Source: Yuukianura sp. NJ FZ-2021
Lineage: Eukaryota
Assembly: GCA_046563655.1 (NCBI GenBank)
Contig: CM102283.1
Span: 6,386,001-6,450,000, forward strand
DNA length: 64,000 nt
Reading direction: 5' to 3'
The notes beneath the pieces were generated by a model that saw only the letters and a list, made by a program, of their open reading frames with translations, was not told the origin of the DNA and ran no database searches. A program made the position numbers and the translations under genes. Below are positions 14,201 through 26,200 of this stretch, in pieces (position 1 is the stretch's first letter; every line of letters begins with the position of its first letter).

Positions 14201-17200
14201 TGATTTTCCTACTAAATTTTTAACGTTTTGGAGTTTGGAATTATGTTATTTAACAAGATTGATTTTTCTACTAAATTTTTAACGTCTTGGAATTTGGAAT
14301 TATGTTATTTAAAAAGATTGATTTTCCTACTAAATTTTTAACTTTTTGGAATTTGATAATTTTGCTCAGACTTTTTAACACCAGAGACTTTAGCAATTTT
14401 GCTCAACGCTGCTTAAATTGTGACCAGGACGATTGAACGGGTGTGGGGCGGAGCCCCAGCAAGCTTTGCGCAGCAAAGCTTTTGGTGTTCTATTTACCTT
14501 GAATTTAAACCAGGTTTTTATTTAAAAAAAAAAACACTTGGTTTAAACCATGGTTTAAATCACTGGTTTAAATCAATTGGTTTAAACCAGCCAACCCTGC
14601 TTAAAACTCCTTTGAAATATTACGAGATTACCATTCCGGTTGACATCCAAGTCTTGCATCTCCAAAGTAGTCGGGCAAACATGAGCCTTAAAAGAAAATA
14701 GTTTTTAATTAATAACAAAATATTAAATATTGATTAGGTACTATTTTGGCAGTTTTTGTACTAACAAGATGCAACTCCATTGTGTTCCTTGCAAATGGCA
14801 TTTGATCCGCAAGGATTCGGCTGACAAGGTTGAGTTTTGGTCGGGGGTGGAGGTGGTGGAACGCATTCGACGAAAGCATTTCCGACTAAACCAGGGTTAC
14901 AGAAGCAGTTCGGTCTGTGCGAAATTGTTCGACACTGAGCTCCTCGACCACATAATCCAGGGCACTGAAATTAAAAAAATGCATAGTTTGAAAGTTATTT
15001 TGAAAAGTTTTAAAAATATTCAACTTTTGAAATCGTTCAACTTACAGGGTCAACACATTTGTTGTTTCGACAGTTTAGGTTGCTGGCACAATCTTGGTCA
15101 ATGGTGCATTCTGCCCGGCCTAGAGTTGTAAAATTGACAAATTAAAATTGACTAATTCAAATTTGAAACTAACAAAAAATTTATGCTATTACAGTATGGC
15201 ACTTGTCCAAAGTATCCCGGGCGACATTGACAAACACAAACTCCGCCTCGATCTTGGCAATCCGCATTGTCTCCTCCAGGAAATGGGTCACATGGATTTT
15301 TTCGGATTTCAGGTTTCACTGGTGGTGGTGGCTCGTAACAACGACTGAACGGGTCTCCAATAAGCGGTGCTGGACAACTGCATAGCGGAGAGTGTCTGAT
15401 GACCCGACATTCGGCTCCTATTCCACACTGGACTCTTGGACACGGGTCAACGCAACGCTGTTCAATACAAGCTTTGTCTGACGAGCACTCGGGATTGGAT
15501 AAGCACTAAAATTAACAAACAATCAATAATTTTTTGGATTTAAGTTGATTTTTTTTTACCTAGAATTCAATTTTCTGCTTTTGCTAGGAGTCAAATGTCG
15601 TATTACTTACCTCTGGTCTACAGTTTGGAGGACTTCCGATGTAAGTGGCCATACAGGAACAAGATGCTGCGTTATTAACAACTCTACAAAGACTGTAAGG
15701 TCCACATGGATTTGGAACGCAGGGGTCCTGTTGTGGTGGTGGACGTTCTGGAATTCTGTAGCACCCTTGGAATGGATTTCCCGTCATTCCTGGTGCGCAT
15801 GTACAGTATGGAGCATGGTTTCGAACTGAGCAAATTGCAGAGATTCCACAAACTCCGGGACACTGTTGACAAAAAATTGAAAATAAAAAACAAATTTCCA
15901 AAATTAAAATTTATATAAATTCAACTAATTCAAAAATAAGCTGTAAACCGGATGTACACAAGTAGCGACGGACAGACAGACAGACAGGCAATGCTTAAGC
16001 ATATCGTAGGTTTTGCTATTTTGCTGCTCTACTTACCGGATCTCCACACTTGTTTCCATAACATGCTTTTTCTTGAGGACAGTCATCGTTCGTTTCGCAT
16101 TCCGGCAAGCATGCGACATACGGATCACCTCTCTGGAATTCCGGCAAACATATACATGCACCCACTCCATTTCTATTTTCACATCGACTGTTTCTTCCAC
16201 AAGGTGACGGATTGCATGGATCCACTTTAACTGGTGGTGGTGGTGGCAAATTACATCCGAAGCTAGCGTCTCCCACATAGCCATCTTTACAAAAGCACTG
16301 TGGAATGTGATTGGACACATAACAGTTAGCATTGTACCCACAGAATCCTGGACACGGATCTCTACATTTCTCTTGGACGCAAGCCTTGTCGTAGTTACAA
16401 TCAGCAGAAATCATGCACTCTGCAAAATAAACGACATAAACGTTTATATAACGACAAATAAAATATTTACTAAAGTAACGTCAATTAAAATTAAAATTTG
16501 TAATACCGGGGTGGCAACTAGAGTGAAAAAATAGTTTTAAAATTTGTTTTTAAAAACCCCTTAAAAAGTGTAGTTTGAGGAAATGCCTTTAGATTAAGAA
16601 ATCTCATTTTTCTTCAAGCCTCTGTGTCACTTTCAGTGTCAAAGGTAGCAACGGAGTCCAGCTTTTTTACGAAGTCGAAGTCGATATGGAGATTCGAATA
16701 CCAATCTCCATACACTTTGTCCCGGTTGTGTACCCATTCCTCTCGTTCGCAGTCAGTTTGATTTGTACAAAATATGTATTTGCGACCCAACTTTTCGGCT
16801 GCGGTAAACTCGAATTGCCGATTGAGTATCTCAAACTTCTTTGACGGCAGATGTTCTGGATCGTTTTCAACATTTCAAGAACGTACTTGGTAAAATATCT
16901 CACAAGCTGACGCCAATTTCATGTTGCTCTCTAGTCCACTACCAGCAAACTGAATATACTTTACTACGAAGCATGACCAGTGTGGATCCGCGATCAATTT
17001 GCCGAGTTCTGTCTTGAAATTTCCGTTGCTGTATCTTTCGAAGTGATGACGTGAGACCAATTCTGAACGGTTGCGTCTCATTCTTCCAACGTACCACTTA
17101 AGTGGAATAGAAGCGTCCTTCAGAGCTGCCATTAATTCAGCAGCAGTGGCGTTCCGGCTTTGCAGACACAGAACGAAGTAAACCTGCACAGAACCGTCGT

Positions 17201-20200
17201 CGGTTGTTCTGCTTTTTTCCACCTTAGGAAGTTCACTTGCCATTGACAATAACAAAGTCTTTTTTTCGGCAGTGGATGATTTTCTGGAAGATGTTCTACC
17301 ATAACCAATTTTTTGGTTGGACATTGCTCTCAGGTGAGCACAGTTTCTAAAATCAAAGAAAATTAACCCTGCTAAAAAGTACTAATGAATGCATAAATCA
17401 TATAAATGAAGTGAAACTTACAAGGCATTTGGGTTTCTATTGTGAATTCTGGTCTTGTGCCCTGTGAGCGAAGTTGAAGTGGCAAAAGTCGCGCTACATT
17501 CGCTGCACGCAAACGTCTTCTTGGAAGCAATATCTTTTTCAGTCTTCTTGGCTCTAGATTCACGTTGTTGCTCGTTGCTGGAACAAAAAGAATTTCCATA
17601 TTTGCTTGCAACTCAAAATTGCAATTGACTTTGACTAATTAATTGCTGAATCAGATGATAAACAATAACAAACTTACTGCACTGCCTTCAAGTTGGGTGT
17701 TCCATGTTGGTAAATAACATGAGAGTAAATGGCGGAGTAAATTGCCGGTTCCTTTTTGTCTCTAATGCATTCGACCGCATTACAACAGTATAAAAACTGG
17801 TCTTTACGTTTCGGATTCCTCACTTTGCTCTTTGTCATCCAAAACTTAACGTCGGTCTTTTTGTCTGGCGGACGCCGTTGGGCCTAAGATTATTAAAAAA
17901 ACGATTAAGAATAACATGACAGGGTGTAGTACTAGCTAACTACTTATTTCACTTACACTGGTTCCAAACTGAAACCGCGATGTGGAGGGTTGAGGTTCTG
18001 GTTGACCAACCACGTCCTCAGGAACAGCACTATCCCCATCATCGTCCTATCGAAATAGTTCAAATTGGAAATCAGTGAATGATTGTGTGTGATTATTAGT
18101 GATGGAAGACATTACTTGTACATAACAGTTACTTACTGATGATAAGGTGACAACTGCGGATTCCGACATGTCGTCGTCATCTCCACCACACACATCGTCA
18201 CTGCCTACGGATTCTTGTTCCTCCATCTTGAATGAGGTCAATCGATCTCCAGTTGCCTCACTTTTACTCAGTAAGTTGCACAGAACGACAGAACAAACGA
18301 CAGACTTGACAAAAGAAAACAATCTCTGTTTGTTGTTTTTGGATCTATCTCCCTTCCAAATATGGACAACCAAAATAATAGTTTAAAACTTAAATTATTT
18401 GCTCAGCCCGGCATTAAAATGTTTTAAATAATTAAAATAAGGAAATTTTTAGTTATAATTATCGTATAATTTAAAATAGATGAAGACAATAAGATTACCT
18501 GGTCGACAGAACGGAGGATTTCCAAAGGTATAGCCAGGTAGACAGCTACAAACTGCCACTTCGTTCACAACAGTACAAGTGCTGTATGGTCCACAATTGG
18601 CCAAGGCACAAGGATCCCTCCTAGCTGGAATTTCTGGAACAACGATTGGATAGCAACTGTAGAATGGATCTCCCGTCATTCCAGCAGAGCAAGTACAAAT
18701 GGCCGAGTGGGAAATTACTTTGCATTGGGCAGTAGGTGAGCATGCGCCGATGCAAGGATCCAAGCATTTGTTTCTTACACAGGCTTTGTTTTGAGCACAG
18801 TCCGCGTTGGTATAGCATTCTGGACGGCATGGGGTATCCGGAGGCGATCCGAAATAGTCTCGAATACACCGACAAACTGCTACGCCATTTCGGTCACTAC
18901 ATTCTGCATTTGGTCCGCATGGATTTGGATAACAGGGTTGGCTCGGCAGAGGTTCCGGAATGATTCGGATTTGAGTACATCCTGAAAATGGGTTCCCTTC
19001 ATACCCTGTATTACAGGAGCAAGATGCAACGTGATTGGTTACTGAGCATCGGGCGTTGTGACCACAAAGTCCTGGACATGGATCGGTACATTTGTTTCTG
19101 CTACAAACTTTAGTTGTAGGACAATCTTCGTTTAGGCTGCACTCAGGTCTGCACCCAGTATATGGATCTCCGAAAAATTCTCCAAGGCATGTGCATGCTC
19201 CAACACCGTTTCGTTCTGTACAAGCAGCATTCGGTCCACATGGAGACGGGAAGCATGGATTCGGAGGCGGGGTAGGCTGGACACGGATCTCGACACATCC
19301 AGAACTGTATGGATCGCCTTCATAGCGATCATTACAGTAGCACTGTGGCATGTGACTCTTGACAAGACAGTAGGCGTTGAAACTGCATGTTCCTGGACAT
19401 GGATCTTCACAACGTTGTCGTACACAGGCTTTTGTCATTGGACAATCTTGGTGCACCAAACACTAAAATTAACAAATTAATTTGATTAATTAAGGCGATT
19501 TTTTCATTCCTTGTCACATTTACTTACCTCTGGTCTGCAGTTGGGTGGTCGTCCAATGTAGCCTACACGGCAGGAACATGTAGCCGAATCACCGAATCGC
19601 CGACATTCAGCATATTCGCCACAATCCAAACATGGGTCACGTGGAATTGGAATTATTGGTTCTGGTTTTCGTACTTCCTGAATACATGCTTGAAATGGAT
19701 TTCCGACCAAAGGATATGGACAACTACAGAGTGGATTGTGGTTGATGACTCTGCAAACGGCTCCCACGCCACACTGGGCTCTCGGACATGGATCTTCACA
19801 TCGCTGGTTGATACAACTTTTAGTCAGGTCACAATCGTTGTTAATAACGCATTCTGCACATTTAAACGACATTAATGTTTATATAACGACAAATAAAATA
19901 TTTACTAAAGTAACGTCAATTAAAATTAAAGTTTGTAATACCGGGGCGACATGCTGGTGGAGAACCGATGTACTCCTTTTGGCATGCGCAAATGGCAACT
20001 CCGTTTTCATTTCGACAAGTACTGTATGGACCGCAAGGTGACGGGAAACATGGATCTTGTGGAGCTGGTGTCGGTATAGGTTCTGCAGCTAAAGTTAAAA
20101 ACAAAAGTGTTTAAAAAAAATCAACAAAATGTACCGGAAAATGCTTTATTTTTTTGAAAAGTTGAAAAAAAATGAAACAGTAACATACGGATTCGATAGC

Positions 20201-23200
20201 ATCCGGAGAAGGCGTTTCCAGTAAAACCTGTGTCACATTGGCACTGCGGCGCATGATTCAGGACGTAGCATGACGCTTGAAATCCACACACCCCTGGACA
20301 TGGATCTTGACATTTGTTTTGAATACAAGCTTTGTTTGAAGCACATTCTTCATTGACTTCGCATTCCCTTCTACAGCCAGTATATGGATCCCCAAATGGA
20401 TATCCTTTTTCACATGTGCATGATCCAGCACCATTTCGTTCTCGGCAAACAGCGTTGTAAGCACAAGGATTCGGTGAGCAGACATTGATCGGTTCAATAC
20501 GTTCTGTTGAAAACAAAAATCAAAAAATGTAAATAAAAATTACTTAAAAAAGTGTTACAGTCGAACCCCTAATTGCGCAACACGCTTTGATTGGTTCGTT
20601 TGACTAAAATCTTTTCCCGGCTGCACCGTACGGTTTCAAATTCTAACGCTTCTACACAGATTAGGCCAGATAGAGCGTTTTTTGTCGTGTTTACATGTTA
20701 CAAAAGACTGAGCTAAAAGTTGCAAAATGAGAGGTTCGTCTGTATTTTGGATTTGGAGTTTTTGAATTTTTGAGTTTACGCGGTGGTTTATTGCAATAAG
20801 AGTATGCGTCTCCTGTAAATCCTTCCAGGCAATAGCAGTTTCCTCGATGATTGATTGCTCTACATTCGGCAGAAATTCCACAGCGACCGTCAGCACACGC
20901 GTCACGACATTTTTGATTGACACAGTTTTGTGTCGTGAGACAATCAGCATCAATTGTGCACTCTGCACAAATAGAACATTAGATTAAATGAATTCTGTAC
21001 TTAAACTTCAATTAAAATTACAACATTCTAATACCGGGGTGGCAATTGGAGTGAAAAATAGTTAAAACTTAAATTATTTGCTCAGCCCGGCATTAAAAAG
21101 TTTTAAATAATTAAAATATAGAAATTTTTAGTTATAATTATCGCATAATTTAAAATAGATGAAGACAATAAGATTACCTGGTCGGCAGAAAGGAGGTTTC
21201 CCTACGTAATCCTTCCAGCACGTACAAATTGCCAAATCGTTTTGATTGGTACAGTCTGCGTAGGGGCCACAAGGAGTCGGAATACAAGGATTTGGTTTTG
21301 GTGTTTCAATTCTCAGCGGTTTCTCACAGGCTCTGAATGGATCTCCAGTGTAACCTAAAAATAGCAGCAGCATCAGCATTTTAGCGGCTTTTCTTTCAAG
21401 TTTCTAGTTTAGCCTAAATACAGACCAAGATCACAGGCGCAGTTGGGACTGTGGTTGATGACTCTGCAACTGGCAAAATGGCCACACTGTGTTGTGAGAC
21501 ATGGGTCAACACACTTCTGGTTTATGCAGGCCTTGTCCAGTGGACATTCTGAGGAGGAAACACATTCTGGTCGGCTAACAATATAAAAAACATCGGTACA
21601 TGAGGTTTTCATGTATTTTTTTTTCAAATGTATGATTTTGGTTTTTAATTTAGAAATACAAATTCAGTACTTACCAAGATGGAGGACTTCCGACATAATT
21701 TGGCAGGCAACTACAAGAAGCAACTCCGTTCGTATCACGACATGAGCTGAATGGTCCGCATGGAGAAGGATAGCAAGGACGCGGTGTAACTTGTTCTGGT
21801 AAAGGTGGAGCTGTGAGTTCAAAATTTCAAAAATTATTTCAGGAAAAAAAATGAAAAAATGAAAGATCAGCAATGTTAAATTTTGGCCAAATTATTTCTG
21901 TCTACTGCGTAGCTACTGCATACTCCGCATTTACAATACAAGAATGACGCGTTCAGCAAAAAACCTTAAATCGTCGACAGAAGCAGCTGCAAAAATCAAA
22001 TGCCCGCAACGCATGCGCATCAGTATTTAGCGAAAGTGCGAAAATCGAAGTCTACTTATATTTTCTACTCGACTTAAAAATTATTTTTAGTAAAAGGTAG
22101 ACTCAAATAAGCCAAACTGCAGCAAGTCTCCAGATGAAAAGAACAAAAGATGCTGAAGAAGTGTTCCTGAAAAAACTAAAAAGCTCGAGTTAAAATTATG
22201 TTAAGTTTTGAGCAATTTACGAGCAGTGATTTCATAAATATGAGAATGAGCAGTGATATTTTTTAAAAATGCAGCAATTCTTACGCAGACGGATCAAATG
22301 ACAACTAGAATATGGATCTCCAGTAAAACCTGTAAATTCATTTATAGAAATTCTCCAATTAGTGAAACCCGTCATTAAATTATAGAAATTCTCCAGCGTA
22401 GTGTGTTACCCAGAACGCAGTCGCAAGTAGCAAAGTGATTTCGGACAGTACATGTTGCTTGGTAACCGCAAACTCCAGGACAAGGATCCACACACTTATT
22501 CCGAACACAGGCAAGGAGTGGTGAACATTCATCGTTCAGTGTGCTATATAAAAATTGATGTTTACATAAAAGACAAATTATAATATTTAATTCAACTTCA
22601 ACTAAGTTTAGAACACTTTAATACCGGGGTGGCGAATGGAGTGAAAAAATAGTTAAAACTTAAATTATTTGCTCACACTCCGGTATTAAAAAGTTTCAAA
22701 GGCTAATTATAATATGGATTTTAGACTATAATTGTAGCATAGTTTAAAATAGAATAAGAAGGTTACCATTCAGGCCGACAGCCTTGATACTGAAAATTTA
22801 AAAAAAAATGTAATTCAACGTGACCTTCGACCTTTACATTTTAACAGTGGCTTGGCAAATGTTGTAAATTGAGTTTACCGGGTCTCCGAAAAATTCTGGG
22901 AGGCAGCTACACGCTCCAACTCCATTTTGAGCTTCACATCTAGCATTTTGTCCACAAGGAAAGGGGTCACAGGGGTCATTGGGAACGGGAGGAGGAATTC
23001 TGGTAGGAGGGGGTTCGCATCCGCGTATGGCGTCACCAACAAAGTTTTCGAGGCAGTAGCAAGATGGATTGTGATTCACTGTTCGGCAACCGGCATTGTA
23101 TCCGCAACTTCCTGGGCACTACACAAGAATAACGGGGTTGAAAATTGACTGTGACCTTTGACCTCTGAATTTTTTTTCAAAATTCAGAATTAACTTACAG

Positions 23201-26200
23201 GATCTTGACAGCGTTGCTGGATACAAGCTCTGTTGGATGGACAGTCAGCCGAGAGCAAGCACTCCGGAGCACCTAGTTTTAAAAATATTTCAAACATAAT
23301 GTATTAATATACTAATTTATTTAATTTCAATGTTTCTTGGAATTTTGTTTTTATTGTTAGATTTACAAAACGGTGGTGTGCCGACATAAGGTGGTGGGCA
23401 AGAGCAAATTGGCAGCTCTCCTTGCATTTTGCACTGACTGTAATGTCCGCAATTGGTCGACGAACATGATTGGCGGAACGGCTCTCTCGGTTCAACCGGT
23501 TTAATTTGCCGAGTACATCCGTAAAGAGGATTACCGACATAACCAACATTACAACTGCAAATAGGAGAATGGTTGAGCACTCGACACTGAGATGTTGGTG
23601 GACAAGTTCCTGGACATGGATCTACACATTTGTAGTTCACACATGACTCATCCAATGCACATTCTGAATTTGAAACACATTCTGGAACGCAACGCGGGGG
23701 CATTCCCTTATAGCCTTTGAGACAAGAACAAACAGAAATTCCGTTTTGATCATCACATTTTGAATTTGGTCCGCACGGAGAAGGAAAACAAGCTTGCTGA
23801 ACAACCGGTTCGTTGATTATTCCTAAAAATCGCAATCAAATTAAAAAAAAAGGACAAAATTTTAAAAATTTCATTTTTTATCTTGAAGTTTTTTAAATAA
23901 AAACGTGGCTTACGTTTGACATGACAGCCACGGAACGCATCGCCTTCGAAACCTTCGTTACAGCGGCAAACTGCCGCGTGATTACGAACTTCACATCGAG
24001 CGTTGAATCCGCAGAGTCCTGGACATGGATCGACGCACTTCTGTCTAGCACAGGCTCTTGTTGGCGGACAATCTTCGCTCATCAAGCATTCCGGTTTACA
24101 GTAGGTGTACTTTTAAAAAAATCAGAATTTTAGTTGCTTGAAATTTTGATTTTTTCTGGAAATTCACAAATTAGTGGAGTTCTTACTGGGTCTCCAAAAT
24201 AATCCTTGAGGCAAGTGCAGCTTCCAACTGAATTTCGTTCAGTACACTCAGCATTGGTTCCACAGGGAGACGGAATGCACGGGTTACTGCGTTGAGGAAC
24301 CGTCGGAATTTCCCGGATCGGTTCTCGGTAGCATCCGCGAAATGGATCTCCTACGTAGCTATCGTCACAATAGCACTGCGGATTGTGATTGGCAGTACGA
24401 CAATGTGCATTGACTCCGCAGAGGCCACGGCAGGGGTCAATACACTTTTCTCTGACACAGGCTTTGTTGTAGTCACAGTCTGAAGATACTTGACACTCCG
24501 GTCTGAAAATACAATATATTATAAATATGTTTAAAAATATAAGTGCGAGAATAGTAGAATTCTGAATGTATTTTCAACCTGCAAAATGGCGGCTGTCCAA
24601 AGTATCCCTCGATACATCGACATTCAGCCTGGTCGTTTCTGCGTGTACAAGTTGCGTAACTTCCACACGGATCTCCTGCACATGGATCTCTAGGTTCCGG
24701 TGAAATTATTTTGAGCTCCGGTATACATTCGATGAATGGATTTCCAACCAACGGGGCGGAACAAACTAATTTCAAACAAGTAAGAAACACAACAGTATAA
24801 AAAAAATTAAGAGAATTTACACTTTTTTTGAATTGTTAGTTAAATGTTACCACAAATTGGAGAGTGATTGATTGCTCGACAAGTTGCAGTTGGAGCACAA
24901 GATGCTGGGCATGGATCACGACATTTGAGGTTGACACAAGCAAGATGCGTTGCACATTCAGAGTTTGTTAAGCATTCGGCTCTGCAATTAGGAGGAGTTC
25001 CAATGTAATTTTGTAAGCAACTGCATGTGGCTCCTTCGCTTGACCGACGACATTGACTGTATGGACCACACGCTAGGAAGAAATCGAAAACAAAAATTGA
25101 AATCGATGAAAAATATTGATGTTTCTTTTGAAGGACTGAAATCTTTTTCTTACGATTAGGTAAGCAGGGATCAACTGGTTGATTAAAAGACGGTTCAATT
25201 CGTTGCGGTTCAATGATTCTTTGACATCCAAATGCTGGGTTTCCAGTGTACCCGACTAGGCAGTTGCAGTTTGGCGAATGTTTCACGACATTACAGACAG
25301 CATTTTGTCCGCAAATTCCTGGGCATGGATCAATGCATTTATTTCTGACACATGCCTTGTTCCACGGACATTCCTCACTCTCCACACTATAAAATAGATG
25401 TTTATATAAAAGACAAATTATAATATTTACTATAACTATCGCACAATTTAAAATAGAATAAGAAGTATTACCATTCAGGACGGCAACCTGAAAAATACAC
25501 AAAATTCCAGATTTTGAATTATTTGTATTTCTTTCAAAAATGTTAGGTTAAAGGTCATTTGAGGTCATACCTGAGTAAGGGTCCCCTGTAAAATCTTTTT
25601 CGCAAATGCATGCGCCTACACCTCCTTGCTCTTTACAGAAAGCGTTGACTCCGCAAGGACTAGGTTGGCAAGGTTGGGCGGGAATTTCTCTGATTGGTTT
25701 TGAGCAGTAGCTATACGGGTCACCGATGTAGCCGTCATTACAAAGGCACTGCGACTTATGGTTAATCGGTTCACATCTAGCATTGATTCCACAGTTCCCT
25801 TCACAGACATCTCTGCATTTGAGTGATCGACAAGCTTGGTTGTAGGGACAGTCTTGGTCTATTGTGCATTCGGGTCTACAGTAAGGTACTTGTCCAAAAT
25901 ATCCAGGGCGACATTGACACACACAGACATCGTTCCGTTCTTCACAGTCCGCGTTGTCTCCTCGTTGAACAGAATCGCAAGGATTCCTGGGCTGAAGTGG
26001 CTCAATCTTCTTCTGAGGTGGAGAGTCACAACGGTAGAATGGATCTCCTACAAATGGCAGGATACAGGAACACAGCGGAGAGTGGGAAATTGTTCTGCAT
26101 TCGGCATTTATGCCACATTGAGCTCTGGAGCAAGGATCGACACATCGTTGGTCAATACATGCCTTGGTAGCAGGACATTCACTGTTTGAAATGCATTCGG

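Larger units (their letters stand above)
12945..14599. mobile_element. Non-autonomous hAT-like DNA transposon (1655 bp)
   Basis: TIRs CAGGGTTGG(G/C)TGGTTT (15/16 match) and a perfect 8-bp TSD cttaaaac (12937-12944, 14600-14607). No transposase ORF; interior filled with tandem repeats. Confidence 0.85.
12815..14631 (-). mobile_element. Dumpy intron-element family member interrupted by a hAT-like insertion
   Basis: gatgtttatataacgacaaa...aaaacattgtaata gtggcaattcgag at 12840-12930; the intron splits a Cys codon (TG|T). Confidence 0.7.

Noticed and set aside
13200-14355. CRISPR-like array; ORFs 13124-13339 and 13457-13699
   Set aside because: Head-to-tail repeats without unique spacers, in eukaryotic DNA with no cas genes; the ORFs are translations of the 21-bp repeat.
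16667-16903. Listed ORFs 16667-16903 and 17372-17611 as the nested proteins
   Set aside because: Both are alternative frames. The spliced frame gives the C2H2 finger and continues past the TGA in the 16875-17324 frame.
17715-17760. [11 protein letters not shown], a BED-finger/hAT transposase-like motif
   Set aside because: It lies in a different frame from the splice-consistent ORF, which has its own H-x4-H; no DDE transposase motifs follow.
21890-22200. Weak similarity between intron interiors at ~21900-22170 and ~35540-35700
   Set aside because: Only short shared words (tctactgcg, cgcatgcgc, gccaaa); too weak to call a family by eye.
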